This document shows, piece by piece, positions 27,103 through 38,291 of a stretch of 64,000 nt of DNA. The position numbers and the translations under genes are program-made. The stretch is from positions 4,352,001-4,416,000 of the forward strand of contig OZ219926.1 in the NCBI GenBank assembly GCA_964291405.2, given 5' to 3'. This stretch comes from Thermodesulfobacteriota bacterium (GTDB lineage Bacteria > Desulfobacterota > Binatia > Bin18). The notes beneath the pieces are model-generated. The model had not been told where the DNA came from. It was given only the letters and a program-made list of their open reading frames with translations, and did no database searches. The number at the start of each line of letters is the position of its first letter. The stretch's first letter is position 1.

Positions 27103-29031
27103 ATGGGAAAGGTTATTGGGATTGATTTGGGAACAACAAACTCCGTTGTGTCTGTGATGGAAGGTGGTGAGCCCACGGTGATCACGAATGCTGAGGGCAA
27201 TCGGACGACGCCTTCTGTGGTCGCTTTTTCCGACAGTGGGGAGCGACTTGTGGGGCAGATTGCCAGTCGGCAGTCCGTGACCAATCCGGAAAATACGATT
27301 TTTTCGATTAAACGGCTTATTGGCCACCGTTATGGAGATAAAGAGGTAAACAAGGCGCAACAACTGCTGCCCTACCAAGTAGTCAAATCCGAGAGTGGGG
27401 ATGCCTGGGTTGAGAGCCGCGGGAAACAATACAGCCCGCCCGAGATTTCAGCCTTCACCTTACAGAAAATGAAACAAACGGCCGAGGATTATCTTGGCGA
27501 GACCGTCTCTGATGCGGTGATTACTGTGCCTGCGTATTTCAACGATTCTCAACGGCAGGCCACAAAAGACGCTGGTCGCATCGCTGGATTGAATGTGCAG
27601 CGGATTATCAATGAGCCGACCGCGGCGTCGCTGGCCTACGGGCTCGACAAGAAGAAAGATGAAAAGATCGCGGTGTTCGACCTGGGAGGCGGAACGTTTG
27701 ACATCTCCATCCTCGAAGTTGGAGACGGCGTGTTTGAGGTCAAGGCAACGAACGGGGACACGTTTCTGGGGGGCGACGATTTCGATCAATGTATTATCGA
27801 TTATCTTGCCGACGAATTTAAAAAGGATCAGGGTGTTGATCTGCGTGCCGACCGGATGGCCCTGCAGCGTCTGAAAGAGGCCGGCGAGAAGGCCAAGTGT
27901 GAGCTGTCGTCTTCGATGGAGACCGAAATCAACCTGCCCTTTATCACCGCGGACCAGAGTGGGCCGAAACATCTCACCATGAAACTCACGCGGGCCAAGC
28001 TGGAAGCGCTGTGCGCCGATTTGCTCAATAGCCTGGACCGGCCCTGCCTCACGGCTCTGAAGGACGCGGGACTCTCCGCCCAGCAGATCGATGAGATCGT
28101 CTTGGTTGGTGGTATGACGCGTATGCCTGCGGTGCAGGAGCGGGTAGCCAAGATTTTTGGGAAAGAGCCGCATAAAGGGGTGAATCCTGACGAAGTGGTC
28201 GCCGTCGGGGCTGCCATTCAGGGAGCGGTGCTCACCGGTGATGTGAAAGATGTGCTCCTGTTGGATGTCACGCCGCTCTCCTTGGGCATCGAGACGCTCG
28301 GTGGTGTCTTCACGCGGCTGATTGAAAAAAATACGACCATTCCAACCAAAAAGAGCCAGGTTTTTTCAACCGCTGCTGACAATCAGACGGCGGTGACGAT
28401 TCGTGTTCACCAAGGGGAGCGCGAAATGGCGTCGGACAATAAGCTGTTGGGGCAGTTCGATCTGGTTGGGATTCCGCCGGCGCCACGAGGCATTCCCCAA
28501 GTCGAGGTGACCTTTGACATTGATGCGAATGGCATTGTCCACGTGAACGCCAAGGACCTCGGTACCGGAAAAGAGCAATCGATTCAAATTACCGCCTCCA
28601 GCGGCCTGTCCGAGGAAGAAATTCAGGATATGGTTCGGGATGCCGAGTCTCACGCCGAAGAGGACCAGAAGAAAAAGGCCCGCATTGAGGCGCATAATCA
28701 GCTTGATGCGTTGGTCTACTCAACCGAGAAGTCTCTGGCTGACCATAAAGACGAAACAGATGCGGAGACGGTTGGGAATATCGAAGCCGCGCTAGAGAAA
28801 GCCAAAAAGGCCCTGGAGGGAGATGATACCGAGGCCATGCAGGCGGCAACGGAAGAGTTGACCCAGGCCTCTCATAAGCTGGCCGAAGCCATGTACGCAA
28901 AAGCGGCGAAGGAGCAAGCTGAGGCGCAAGGTACCCAAGCCGATGATGGGTCGGCAGACCCCGGTGCGGGTAGTACACAGGCAAAAGGGAACGACGACGT
29001 TGTCGATGCGGACTTTGAAGAAGTTAAGTAA
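27103..29031 (+). CDS. dnaK: Hsp70 chaperone DnaK
   Basis: [33 protein letters not shown]-terminal DADFEEV. Confidence 0.99.
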   Translation: MGKVIGIDLGTTNSVVSVMEGGEPTVITNAEGNRTTPSVVAFSDSGERLVGQIASRQSVTNPENTIFSIKRLIGHRYGDKEVNKAQQLLPYQVVKSESGDAWVESRGKQYSPPEISAFTLQKMKQTAEDYLGETVSDAVITVPAYFNDSQRQATKDAGRIAGLNVQRIINEPTAASLAYGLDKKKDEKIAVFDLGGGTFDISILEVGDGVFEVKATNGDTFLGGDDFDQCIIDYLADEFKKDQGVDLRADRMALQRLKEAGEKAKCELSSSMETEINLPFITADQSGPKHLTMKLTRAKLEALCADLLNSLDRPCLTALKDAGLSAQQIDEIVLVGGMTRMPAVQERVAKIFGKEPHKGVNPDEVVAVGAAIQGAVLTGDVKDVLLLDVTPLSLGIETLGGVFTRLIEKNTTIPTKKSQVFSTAADNQTAVTIRVHQGEREMASDNKLLGQFDLVGIPPAPRGIPQVEVTFDIDANGIVHVNAKDLGTGKEQSIQITASSGLSEEEIQDMVRDAESHAEEDQKKKARIEAHNQLDALVYSTEKSLADHKDETDAETVGNIEAALEKAKKALEGDDTEAMQAATEELTQASHKLAEAMYAKAAKEQAEAQGTQADDGSADPGAGSTQAKGNDDVVDADFEEVK

Positions 29032-29063
29032 GGTTCTTACCTGTCTCTCGGGACCCTTGTCAT

Positions 29064-29107
29064 AAGACCCCCACTTCTCCTACAGTTGGAGGAGAAGTGG
29101 GGGTCTT
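29064..29107 (+). terminator. Long hairpin between dnaK and dnaJ (attenuator or mRNA stabiliser)
   Basis: Perfect 18-bp stem AAGACCCCCACTTCTCCT / AGGAGAAGTGGGGGTCTT with 8-nt loop. Confidence 0.6.
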
Positions 29108-29125
29108 CAGTATCAGGGAATAGGG

Positions 29126-30247
29126 GTGGATATGGCAAGCAAAGCCGATTATTACGAGCTGTTGGGCGTGAGTCGAGACATAGGCGCAGAAGAGCTGAAA
29201 AAGGCCTATCGCAAAGCGGCGCTTCGCTACCACCCGGACCGCAATCCTGGAGACAAGGCGGCCGAAGAGAAATTCAAGGAGTTGTCGGAGGCCTATCAAG
29301 TCCTCAGCGACTCAGAGAAACGATCCCAGTACGATCGCTTTGGGCACGCCGCATTTGAGCAAGGAGCAGGAGGATTTGGCGGAGGATTCGACTTTTCATC
29401 AACGAACTTTGAAGACATCTTTGGGGATATCTTTGGTGATTTCTTCGGCGGTGGAGGTCGGGCTGGACGTCAGGCGCGTGGGCAAGATCTCGGGTATAGC
29501 CTTGAGGTCTCCTTCGAGGAGGCCGCCTTCGGGACGGAAAAAACCGTTTCCATTCCACGCCGGGTAACGTGTGCGCCCTGTCAGGGGACTGGAGCGAAAC
29601 CAGGAACGCGGCCACAGACGTGCGGAACCTGTCGTGGCAGTGGTCAGATGCGTTTTCAACAAGGTTTCTTTACGGTGGCCCGAACGTGCAATCGGTGCGG
29701 CGGGCAGGGGGCAGTGGTGACCGACCCGTGTCTGGAGTGTCAGGGTGCTGGTGCTGTGCGGAAAACGTCGAACCTGCAGATTAAAATTCCCGGAGGAGTG
29801 GACTCCGGTTCTCGGCTCAAGCTGCGTGGAGAAGGAGAAGCCGGCCCGGTTGGCGGTATTGCTGGCGACCTGTATGTCACCATTCAGGTGGGGGAGCACC
29901 CTCTGTTTGAGCGGCAACACAACGAGGTGATCTGTGAGTTGCCTATCAGCTTCCCACAGGCCGCGCTTGGCGCTGATATCGAGGCTCCCACGCTCGAAGG
30001 GAAGATCAAAATGAAGGTGCCTGCCGGTACGCAGTCGGGCAGTGTCTTTCGGCTCCGAGGCAAAGGCATCGTCGACCTGCGCGGTGGCGGCCGTGGCGAC
30101 CAACTCGTTCGCATCGTGGTGGAAACCCCCACCGACCTTGGGGCCAAGCAGAAAGAATTGTTGGAAGAGTTCGCGCGGCTCAATGGGGGTGAGGTGCATC
30201 CCATCTCCAAGGGATTTTTTGATAAGGTCAAAGAGCTGTTTGGATAG
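29126..30247 (+). CDS. dnaJ: Chaperone DnaJ
   Basis: J domain with HPD, G/F-rich region, four CxxCxGxG repeats. Confidence 0.99.
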   Translation: MDMASKADYYELLGVSRDIGAEELKKAYRKAALRYHPDRNPGDKAAEEKFKELSEAYQVLSDSEKRSQYDRFGHAAFEQGAGGFGGGFDFSSTNFEDIFGDIFGDFFGGGGRAGRQARGQDLGYSLEVSFEEAAFGTEKTVSIPRRVTCAPCQGTGAKPGTRPQTCGTCRGSGQMRFQQGFFTVARTCNRCGGQGAVVTDPCLECQGAGAVRKTSNLQIKIPGGVDSGSRLKLRGEGEAGPVGGIAGDLYVTIQVGEHPLFERQHNEVICELPISFPQAALGADIEAPTLEGKIKMKVPAGTQSGSVFRLRGKGIVDLRGGGRGDQLVRIVVETPTDLGAKQKELLEEFARLNGGEVHPISKGFFDKVKELFG

Positions 30248-30253
30248 GCGGGT

Positions 30254-31261
30254 ATGAAAATACGGGATCTCGGTGAGTTTCCCTTTTTGCGCCGCCTCCG
30301 TGAGCGCTTGCCCCACGCTATCCACGATCCTCGAATTCAACTCGGCATTGGCGATGACTGTGCCGCCCTCTCGCTTCCAGGGTTCACGGTGTTGACAACG
30401 GATGCTATGATCGCCGGTGTCCACTTCCAGTGTGAGTGGACACCCTTTTTCGTATTGGGGCAGAAAGCCTTTGCCGTCAATGCGAGTGATGTAGCGGCGA
30501 TGGGCGGTGAGCCGGCTTTCGCCCTCCTGAGTTTGGGTGTTCCCCAAGACGCTGCCGTCGAAGACCTGGACGCCTTTTTTGATGGCTTCCTTGATGCTGC
30601 TCAGAAAATGCGAACTACCCTCATCGGTGGCAATATGAGTGCGGCGCCGGTTTTTATGATTTCTGTCTCCCTCCTGGGGCAGACACCGTACGGGCTGATC
30701 GCTCGTGCCGGCGCGTGCGTCGAGGACGAGGTGTACGTGACTGGAACTCTGGGTGATGCGGCCTTAGGGTTACGTCTCCTCACCAATGAATTGACCGGAG
30801 ATTCCGAGAGCGCTGCTGCCCAACACCTGAAACAGCGCTTCCTATGCCCGACCGCCCGTGTCGCAGTCGGAAAAGAACTCGCGGCCCAACGCTTGGCGAC
30901 CGCTATGATTGATGTCAGTGACGGGCTGCTCCAGGATTTGGGTCATCTGTGCGAAGCGAGCCAAGTCGGTGCTGTGGTCGAAGCCCAAACGATCCCGCTG
31001 TCCGAGGGCTATCGGGCACTCCTGGGCACACAGGATTGGGTACTGGCCCTGGCTGGTGGGGAGGATTACGAGTTGCTCTTTAGCGCGCCGGTTACGGCAC
31101 GTCCCAGGATTCAGGAGATCGCAGACAAAAGCGCCTGTACGATCACACGTATCGGCTCGCTCGTGCCCCAGGCAGACGGGGTGACCGTCGTGTTACCGGA
31201 CGGGCCGCGGGCCGCGAGCGAGTTTACCGGGTTTAATCATTTTGCGCAGAGCAGATCATGA
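30254..31261 (+). CDS. thiL: Thiamine-monophosphate kinase
   Basis: GIGDDCAA, NASDVAAMGG, IDVSDGL, GGEDYELLF. Confidence 0.96.
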   Translation: MKIRDLGEFPFLRRLRERLPHAIHDPRIQLGIGDDCAALSLPGFTVLTTDAMIAGVHFQCEWTPFFVLGQKAFAVNASDVAAMGGEPAFALLSLGVPQDAAVEDLDAFFDGFLDAAQKMRTTLIGGNMSAAPVFMISVSLLGQTPYGLIARAGACVEDEVYVTGTLGDAALGLRLLTNELTGDSESAAAQHLKQRFLCPTARVAVGKELAAQRLATAMIDVSDGLLQDLGHLCEASQVGAVVEAQTIPLSEGYRALLGTQDWVLALAGGEDYELLFSAPVTARPRIQEIADKSACTITRIGSLVPQADGVTVVLPDGPRAASEFTGFNHFAQSRS

Positions 31262-32028
31262 CACGAGACCGCCTGGCTGAAATGCTCACCCAAGTTCAAC
31301 AGGGGGTGTTATCTATCGAGCAGGCGCTTGAACGGCTCAAGCAACTGCCTTTTGAAGATCTCGACTTTGCCCGAATCGATCACCACCGGGCGCTGCGTAA
31401 AGGCTTTCCCGAGGTCATTTGGGGGCCAGGAAAAACGAGCCAACAGATTGCCACGATTGCTTCACGTCTCGTTGAGAACGGACAGCCGGCACTGATTACG
31501 CGTCTGGATGAAAAAAAAGCCCAGAAGGTTCAAACTTCCCTGCCCGCCCTGGTGTATTATCCGGAGGCGCGCATCGGAGCCCTGGGCGAACGGCCGACTC
31601 CCAAGACCTCGTTGTCTATCCTGGTGGTCGCGGCTGGCACCGCGGATATTCCCGTTGCCGAAGAGGCCGTGATTTCGGCCGAGTGGCTCGGCAATAACGT
31701 CGAGCGTTTATACGATGTCGGAGTTGCCGGTCTGCACCGCCTGTTTGATAATCTGGACCGACTCCGGGCCGCGTCAGTTTTGATTGTGGTGGCCGGTATG
31801 GAAGGCGCGCTGCCGAGTGTCATTGGTGGGCTGGTGGATCGACCCATCATCGCGGTGCCAACGAGTATCGGCTACGGCGCCAGTTTCGGTGGCGTCGCCG
31901 CCCTCTTGGCCATGCTCAATTCCTGCGCGGCAGGTGTGACGGTGGTGAATATCGATAACGGATTTGGTGCGGCCGCCGCAGCCACCCTGATCAATCGGCC
32001 AAACGGTGAGCAGGCCGACAAGATTTGA
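31258..32028 (+). CDS. larB: Nickel-pincer cofactor biosynthesis protein LarB (AIR-carboxylase-like)
   Basis: DHHRALRKGFPEV, AGTADIPVAEEA, DVGVAGLHRL, AGMEGALPSV, VNIDNGFGA. Confidence 0.93.
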   Translation: MTRDRLAEMLTQVQQGVLSIEQALERLKQLPFEDLDFARIDHHRALRKGFPEVIWGPGKTSQQIATIASRLVENGQPALITRLDEKKAQKVQTSLPALVYYPEARIGALGERPTPKTSLSILVVAAGTADIPVAEEAVISAEWLGNNVERLYDVGVAGLHRLFDNLDRLRAASVLIVVAGMEGALPSVIGGLVDRPIIAVPTSIGYGASFGGVAALLAMLNSCAAGVTVVNIDNGFGAAAAATLINRPNGEQADKI

Positions 32029-32159
32029 ACAACGACCTCCTGAATGCCATTCCAGTGATAGCTGCGAAACCAGCCTATATTCCCGCTCGACGACATACGG
32101 GTCGGTGACTGGACGCTTTTGCGTTCCCACGCTCGCGTCCGTGAGTGTATCCGCGCCGC

Positions 32160-34091
32160 TTAGCCGCCGATTGAAGAGGCTTGGGCAGCAGCGATATAGC
32201 GCTCTGCGTCTTCGGCGAGCAGCAGGCGCGCCTCCTGGAGCTCGGCGGCCGCGCGGGTGACCGCGGCGACGTAGGCGTCATGGCTGGGATAGCGCTCTTC
32301 CAGCGAGGGGCGGGGGTCGCCGTTGGCCTGTCGTTCCGCCCTGGTCTCCGCAAACGGAAAATACGCGCCCACCAGCATGAGTGCGCCCGCAGAGAATCCG
32401 GCCCCACGGAGATTCCAGCCGGTATGCGTACCGAGAGGGACGCTAATATCGGGCAAGCGGATACCGGCCAGCTCATTGCCGTCCGCATCGACCTTGGGCA
32501 CTAACACGCGATAGGCTTTGCCGGGTACGGGTGCGGGTGGCTGCTGGCTGTAGTCCATTTCCGACAACCCGTTCACCCGCTCCGGGTGACGAACGCCCGG
32601 GATGGCCGGAAACCCGGTCGCAGCCTGGGGCGACGGGGAAGCAAGGGTCCCGTCGCCCGAGCAAGGAACCCGACTGTCCGGCGGTGGTATCTCCTGAGTG
32701 GCCCATTGGTCCAGGGCGACCAGGAGCGAGCGGTTCAGCGGATTATAGTTCAGAAAGTTCATGGCATAGGCCGGATTCTGAGAGAATACGGCAGCGTGGT
32801 TCAGCATAATCGGCCCGGCATGCCCCGTGCCTGAGAACAGAAAGACCCGCACCTCATCCGGGACTTCGATGTCCTGGCCGTGTTCGTCGGTCACCACCAG
32901 CGAACTGCGTCCCAGCCAGAATTCGGTGCTCGAATCGACGTGGATGATCTTGGGGCAGGTGTTGGACGCCAGGCTGCGAGTCAGGATGCCGTCGGTCTTG
33001 CCACTGACCGAATCCGTCCGGGTCGCATAGCTGAACGGAAACTGATCGCCCGGATACGCGTGGTCTTCCTGTTGGCGGTGAAAGCGACCCGGCTGCGCGA
33101 ACGGTTCGTTCAGGAAAATGCGCCGTGACCCGGCGATACTGGCATAGATGCCATCGAAGACCCTGCTGCCATTCAGGCCCTGGTTGAAACCCAGGCGGAC
33201 AAACTCGCGCAAAAAGCGGCCGGGCTGTGAGCGTCCATAGGCAATCACATGATCGATAGCCGGGGCACTCGGGTCGGGGTTCAGCGGGTGAGGCCGGCCG
33301 GCGGCGTCCGACTCGGTGGAGCGCATATAGGCCACAAAGTCACGTACCGCCACAAAACCGAGGCCCATGACAATGGGGTCGCACGCCGGGTAAATGAACT
33401 CGTATATGGCACCGGCATCAAAGTCCTCAGCCAGGTCGATTTCGATCTGCGTGGGTGAGACATACCGCCAGCGCTCGGCAGGGACGGGTACGCGCGGGTC
33501 TTCTTCATACAGTCTGACGGTCAGCGTCGCCTCGCGCTGATCCAAGGAATGAGCCGGATAGGTGAGCGGCAGGACGGCCGGGCTATCGGTATGGCCGAAA
33601 ATCATTTCCTCGCGCGAGTCGCCGACGATAGGAGCGCCACTATTAGTTGCGACCGGAAACGCGGCGAGCATATGTCCCTCGCCCGGCTGCGCGTCACCCT
33701 GCCAGGCGCTGAAAACCAGCACGTAGCCCTGTCGCATGAGAAAGCCGTTACCGGCGTCCGCTGCGCTGACCGGATCGTTGGAAGTTGGGCCTTTCTGGGC
33801 GTCGTTGATGTCAATCAGGGACAGCTTGTCACCCCGATTGGGAGCGTCGTACAAAATGCGCCGATTACTCTTGCCGAGGTCGGTGGGTTTGAGCACGCAG
33901 AAATCCACCGCGTATTCGACCCGGCCCTTGGTATTCGTCGGCGCCTTATCGAGGTTGACGATATCTCGATTGAGTGGATTCCTCGGGTCAACCTCCCCAT
34001 AGGCCCGTCCGACTATTTTCTCGTACGTCCCGGCACTCCCGAAGGACATGTCTTCAAACACGTTTTCAACCCGTTGAATCTCTAATCTCAT
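32160..34091 (-). CDS. Large alpha/beta-hydrolase-domain protein
   Basis: FGSAGTYEKIVG, GRSQPGRFLR nucleophile-like motif, VDADGNELAGIRLP, DPRPSLEERY; likely start MRLEIQ. Confidence 0.8.
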   Translation of the reverse strand: MRLEIQRVENVFEDMSFGSAGTYEKIVGRAYGEVDPRNPLNRDIVNLDKAPTNTKGRVEYAVDFCVLKPTDLGKSNRRILYDAPNRGDKLSLIDINDAQKGPTSNDPVSAADAGNGFLMRQGYVLVFSAWQGDAQPGEGHMLAAFPVATNSGAPIVGDSREEMIFGHTDSPAVLPLTYPAHSLDQREATLTVRLYEEDPRVPVPAERWRYVSPTQIEIDLAEDFDAGAIYEFIYPACDPIVMGLGFVAVRDFVAYMRSTESDAAGRPHPLNPDPSAPAIDHVIAYGRSQPGRFLREFVRLGFNQGLNGSRVFDGIYASIAGSRRIFLNEPFAQPGRFHRQQEDHAYPGDQFPFSYATRTDSVSGKTDGILTRSLASNTCPKIIHVDSSTEFWLGRSSLVVTDEHGQDIEVPDEVRVFLFSGTGHAGPIMLNHAAVFSQNPAYAMNFLNYNPLNRSLLVALDQWATQEIPPPDSRVPCSGDGTLASPSPQAATGFPAIPGVRHPERVNGLSEMDYSQQPPAPVPGKAYRVLVPKVDADGNELAGIRLPDISVPLGTHTGWNLRGAGFSAGALMLVGAYFPFAETRAERQANGDPRPSLEERYPSHDAYVAAVTRAAAELQEARLLLAEDAERYIAAAQASSIGG

Positions 34092-34209
34092 GGACTCACC
34101 TCGCATTGCGATGAAACATGGCTGGAGTATAATACCCCTCGCTATAGAGAAATATGGCGTGCTTGACCACCTCGTTAGTCGGGATGCCGGCCGCACAAAG
34201 GAGAATAGC

Positions 34210-35430
34210 GTGGCAACACCAAAAGTGATCGTGCAAATCTACCCCGTGCTTCCGGCTGAGGATCGTGCCGACCGTGAGCGCAAACGCCCGCTGGGACGCA
34301 ATCGTGACGTATACCACCAGGTGCTGCATGAGACCTTCGACTTGGTAAAACAGCTCGACGAAATGGGCGTGTGGGGCATCAGTACCATCGAGCACCACCT
34401 GCATTCTGAGGGCTACGAGCTGGGACCGAACCCCGGCGTCCTGAATGCCTGGTGGGCGACCCAGGTGAAGAACGCCTATGTCGGTGCCCTCGGCTACGTG
34501 ATGGCGACCCGCGACCCGATTCGGGTGGCCGAGGAAACCGCCATCCTTGATCACATGACCCAGGGCCGCTTCTTTGTGGGCTTGACGCGGGGCTACCAGG
34601 CCCGCTGGATGGACACCCTGGGGCAGCATGTCCGGGCCGTTGCGACCGTGTCGGACGGCAGCGCGGCGGACCAGCGCAACCGTGAGATGTTCGAGGAGAG
34701 TACGCGCATATTGCTCCAGTGCTGGCAGCAGGAATCCGTGGCGACCAAGCAGCCGCATTACGAGATTCCGTATCCGTATGAAACCGGCGTACGGGGCTAT
34801 CCGGCGCGCAAGAGCATCGAATCTGCCGGTGCACCGGGAGAACTCGGACCCGACGGCGCCATTCGCCGGGTGAGCGTGGTGCCGAGCCCGTACAGCGACC
34901 CCTATCCTCGGGTGTTCGTCCCGATGAGCGGCAGTGCCGCCTCGGTGCCCTTTCTGGCCCAGCATGGTTTTCGGCCGACCTACTTCACGGCCCTCGATAC
35001 CCTGGTGAACTTTGCCACGCTGTATGTTGAAGAGGGACGGGCGGCCGGCATGGATTATCCGCTGGGTGCCCGACAGAATATCGCGCGCTGGATTCATCTC
35101 GGGCGCGACGAACAGGAATTTACCGACAAGTTGCTGCGCTACGATTATGAAATGTGGGTCCAACACTACTCGACCTTCTACGACGGCATCCCCAAGTTCG
35201 ACACCCAAGCCGCTACGCTCCAGAGCATGAAGGACAGTGGGATTTTTCTGGGCGGTACGGTGGAGCAGTTGAAAGCGGAATGGCGCCATATCTACGCCTC
35301 GTTGCCGTGCGAGTACATCACGCTCATCTGGCACTATGCGCACTGTCCCAAAGAACTTATGCTGGAGGAACTGGGCGTGTTCATGACCGAGGTGCTGCCC
35401 GAGCTGGACGCCCCGGCTTTGGACGACTGA
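34210..35430 (+). CDS. LLM-class flavin-dependent oxidoreductase (luciferase alpha-like)
   Basis: EHHLHSEG, DPIRVAEETAILDHMTQGRFFVGLTRGYQ; GTG start after AAGGAG. Confidence 0.88.
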   Translation: MATPKVIVQIYPVLPAEDRADRERKRPLGRNRDVYHQVLHETFDLVKQLDEMGVWGISTIEHHLHSEGYELGPNPGVLNAWWATQVKNAYVGALGYVMATRDPIRVAEETAILDHMTQGRFFVGLTRGYQARWMDTLGQHVRAVATVSDGSAADQRNREMFEESTRILLQCWQQESVATKQPHYEIPYPYETGVRGYPARKSIESAGAPGELGPDGAIRRVSVVPSPYSDPYPRVFVPMSGSAASVPFLAQHGFRPTYFTALDTLVNFATLYVEEGRAAGMDYPLGARQNIARWIHLGRDEQEFTDKLLRYDYEMWVQHYSTFYDGIPKFDTQAATLQSMKDSGIFLGGTVEQLKAEWRHIYASLPCEYITLIWHYAHCPKELMLEELGVFMTEVLPELDAPALDD

Positions 35431-35522
35431 CAGAGACCGGCCTTTGTGGCTAGAGGCCGGGTGGCGACAGTTTCCGGGCCAGACCACTGAAGCCCGTGTC
35501 CTGCTTGCAGGCTGAGAGAGCT

Positions 35523-36752
35523 ATGACACGCATCAGCTCCGCACCCTATCTGCAACAGTTCGATGGCCTTACCTCGTTTGAGCGAGCGGTTCGCCAACCT
35601 CTGATGCTCGGGCTGTTCATGCCCCACCAACAAGGCGCTTGGACACCATCGAAAGCACCCCGGAAGACCTCGTGGACCTTTGAGTACAACGCCGAACTCG
35701 CAGTCCGCGTTGATGAGGCCGGCTTTGACCTCATCTTTGCCCTTGCCACCTGGCTCGGCAAAGGCGGCTATGGGGGCGATATTCATTTTCGTGAGCACTC
35801 AATTGACCCCTTTATCACCAGTGCCGCCCTCGCACCGTTGACCCACAATGTCCTGCTCATATCAACGATCCATGTCCTCTACGGCTGGCATCCCTTACAT
35901 ATTGCGAAATATGGAGCCGTCATCGACCATATCAGTCATGGCCGCTGGGGCCTGAATGTCGTGACCGGCTATCGGCCGGACGAAGCCGGTATGTTTGGCC
36001 ACGAGTCATTCCCCCACAATCAACGCTACGCCATGGCGGATGAATTCACGACCGTGATGAAGCACCTGTGGACCGAGGATAAAAACCTCGATTATACCGG
36101 CGAGTGGTACAAGACGGCCGGCGCTTTTGTTGCACCCAAACCCGTCAATGGCTTGCCCGTCCTGGTCAGTGCCGGCTCGTCACCGGCGGGTATGGACTAT
36201 GCCACCAGTCACGCGGATATCATCTTTGCGACCTCGCCCACGGGAGCTGATCCGGGTAAGGCCTGTACGTCCTTACCCCAGCGTATTGTGCCGATCAAGG
36301 CGCAAGCCCGGCAAAAGGGCCGAGCAGTCAAGATTCTCGTCAATCCGCATGTGATTTGTCGCCCAACCGAGAAAGAGGCTCAAGCGTGGTATAAACGGAT
36401 TCGGGATGAACGTGATGAGGTGGCAGTAGCAAACTTCTTCAACGCCTTCATGGGTGGGGACCAGTCTTCGTGGCGTCAGCATAGCGCGCTAGAGTGGGCA
36501 GTTGGTGGCAATCTCCATCTTGTCGGGACACCGGAAATGATCGTAGAGTGGTTCGTCCGCCTACGTCGGGCTGGCGTGGACGGGGTGCAGGTCAATTTCT
36601 TCGACTTCGGGCCAGACCTCGACTACTTTATCACCACGGTTTTGCCCCTTATGCAGCAAGCCGGCTTGCGCCATGCAACGCCAAAGGAGGAGAGAGGCAG
36701 TGAATCGCACGGCAGGATCAATGCAGCCCCTCGCGGATGTCAGAGTGATTGA
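35523..36752 (+). CDS. LLM-class monooxygenase (SsuD/RutA/SfnG-like)
   Basis: GFDLIFALATWLGKGGYGG, DHISHGRWGLNVVTG, SAGSSPAG, LVGTPE. Confidence 0.88.
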   Translation: MTRISSAPYLQQFDGLTSFERAVRQPLMLGLFMPHQQGAWTPSKAPRKTSWTFEYNAELAVRVDEAGFDLIFALATWLGKGGYGGDIHFREHSIDPFITSAALAPLTHNVLLISTIHVLYGWHPLHIAKYGAVIDHISHGRWGLNVVTGYRPDEAGMFGHESFPHNQRYAMADEFTTVMKHLWTEDKNLDYTGEWYKTAGAFVAPKPVNGLPVLVSAGSSPAGMDYATSHADIIFATSPTGADPGKACTSLPQRIVPIKAQARQKGRAVKILVNPHVICRPTEKEAQAWYKRIRDERDEVAVANFFNAFMGGDQSSWRQHSALEWAVGGNLHLVGTPEMIVEWFVRLRRAGVDGVQVNFFDFGPDLDYFITTVLPLMQQAGLRHATPKEERGSESHGRINAAPRGCQSD

Positions 36753-37851
36753 GTTTTGCAATGTGGCGGCCGGTCCTTTTTGTGGCATGCTGTTCGCGGA
36801 TTTTGGTGCGGACGTGGTGAAGGTTGAGTCACGGCAAGGTGACACTCTGCGTCAATGGCCGCCGATAACGGACGGGTTTAGTGAGAACTTTGCCTCACTC
36901 AATCGCAACAAGCGTTCTATCGCGCTGAATTTGAAAGACGCGGCCGATAAGGACGTGGCGTGCCGCTTGATCCAGAGCGCGGATGTGGTGATCGAGAACA
37001 ACCGGCCTGGGGTGATGGGGCGTCTCGGGCTCGGCTATGAGGACTTCGCCGAGACGCACCCTCAGCTGATCTACTGCTCACTGTCAGCCTTTGGTCAAAC
37101 TGGCCCGCGTGCCCAGCAGGGTGGCTTCGATGTCACGCTCCAGGCGATAGCCGGGATCATGAGTGTGACCGGAGAGCCGGATGGCGCGCCCGTCAAATGC
37201 GGGGTCCCGTTAGCGGACTTTGCCGCCGGCCTGTATGCCGCCTTTGCCGTCTCGTCCTTGCTGACCCAAGTCCGGGCGGGTGGGCCTGGGGGTTATATTG
37301 ACGTCCCGATGATGGGGGTGAGTATGGCTATTGCCGCCCTCCAAACCAGCGAATTCTTTGGGACCGGAAAAAATCCTCGGAAACTCGGCGCGGCGCATCC
37401 CCGTAATGCGCCCTATGACCTGTTTCGGGCGAAGGATGGCCATTTTGTGCTTGCCGCCGGCAACAACAAGCTGTGGCAGAGCGTCTGCGAGGAGGTCGGT
37501 CAGCCGGACCTCGCGGTCGATCCTCGGTTCCTCACGACGACCGCCCGTGCGGCCAACCAGACGATACTGAAAGAAATCCTCGAAAAGGTGTTCATCACGC
37601 GCACCGTGGCCGACTGGCTTGAAACCTTCGAAAACCGAGGGGTGCCGTGTGGCCCCACCAACACGTATGCTGAAGCATTGTCAGACGCGCAGGTTGTCGA
37701 GATGGGGTGGGTCCAACCGTTAACGCTCCCCAACGGTGCAACCACCCGGACTTTCGCATCACCACTACGGATAAACGGAGAGGCTCCGTCGATTCGCCGC
37801 GGACCGCCCGAGCTCGATGAGCATCGCTCCGAGCTGTTGAACGAGCTTTGA
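36700..37851 (+). CDS. Family III CoA-transferase (CaiB/BaiF)
   Basis: AAGPFCGMLFADFGADVVKVE, LNRNKRS, canonical PVKCGVPLADFAAG. Confidence 0.93.
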   Translation: MNRTAGSMQPLADVRVIEFCNVAAGPFCGMLFADFGADVVKVESRQGDTLRQWPPITDGFSENFASLNRNKRSIALNLKDAADKDVACRLIQSADVVIENNRPGVMGRLGLGYEDFAETHPQLIYCSLSAFGQTGPRAQQGGFDVTLQAIAGIMSVTGEPDGAPVKCGVPLADFAAGLYAAFAVSSLLTQVRAGGPGGYIDVPMMGVSMAIAALQTSEFFGTGKNPRKLGAAHPRNAPYDLFRAKDGHFVLAAGNNKLWQSVCEEVGQPDLAVDPRFLTTTARAANQTILKEILEKVFITRTVADWLETFENRGVPCGPTNTYAEALSDAQVVEMGWVQPLTLPNGATTRTFASPLRINGEAPSIRRGPPELDEHRSELLNEL

Positions 37852-37893
37852 ACACCCTGAAACAGCCGTTCCGGTCAGCGAATAGCCGTCGCT

Positions 37894-38184
37894 TCACGAC
37901 TTCTTCGGCTTCCGTTTCCGTGCCGCTTTCCCGGTGGCTGCCGTTTCCATACGTTGCCAGAATCCCGGTGTGGCCTCACGATAATCGCCCCGCTCAACGG
38001 CTTCTAAGAGTTGGGCTTCCACCTCATGACGGGAGGCGGATTCGAGGTCGGCCCGAATCAGGGAACGTACATACTCACTGACCGTGTGAAATCCTTTGGT
38101 TTTTACCCGGTCCTTAATGAAGGCATCCAATGCAGGGGGCACGGGGATACTGAGGATTTTCTTTCCTGTGGGTTGGGTACGCAT
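37894..38184 (-). CDS. ParD-like ribbon-helix-helix antitoxin (no adjacent toxin)
   Basis: LSIPVPPALDAFIKDRV..GFHTVSEYVRSLIRAD and LLEAVERG resemble CopG/ParD addiction-module antidotes. Confidence 0.8.
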   Translation of the reverse strand: MRTQPTGKKILSIPVPPALDAFIKDRVKTKGFHTVSEYVRSLIRADLESASRHEVEAQLLEAVERGDYREATPGFWQRMETAATGKAARKRKPKKS

Positions 38185-38291
38185 AAATAGAATGCGTCAA
38201 GTTTATGATATATTCACAATAAACAATATATTTGTGGAATGCCAAAGATCGTTCGACTGCTGAGGTTGCCTGCATACAGGCATACCGGTTG

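Noticed and set aside
34096-35487. 463-aa antisense ORF over the LLM gene
   Set aside because: Shadow ORF caused by codon bias; the same applies to 29399-30547, 43707-44780 and 55294-56202.
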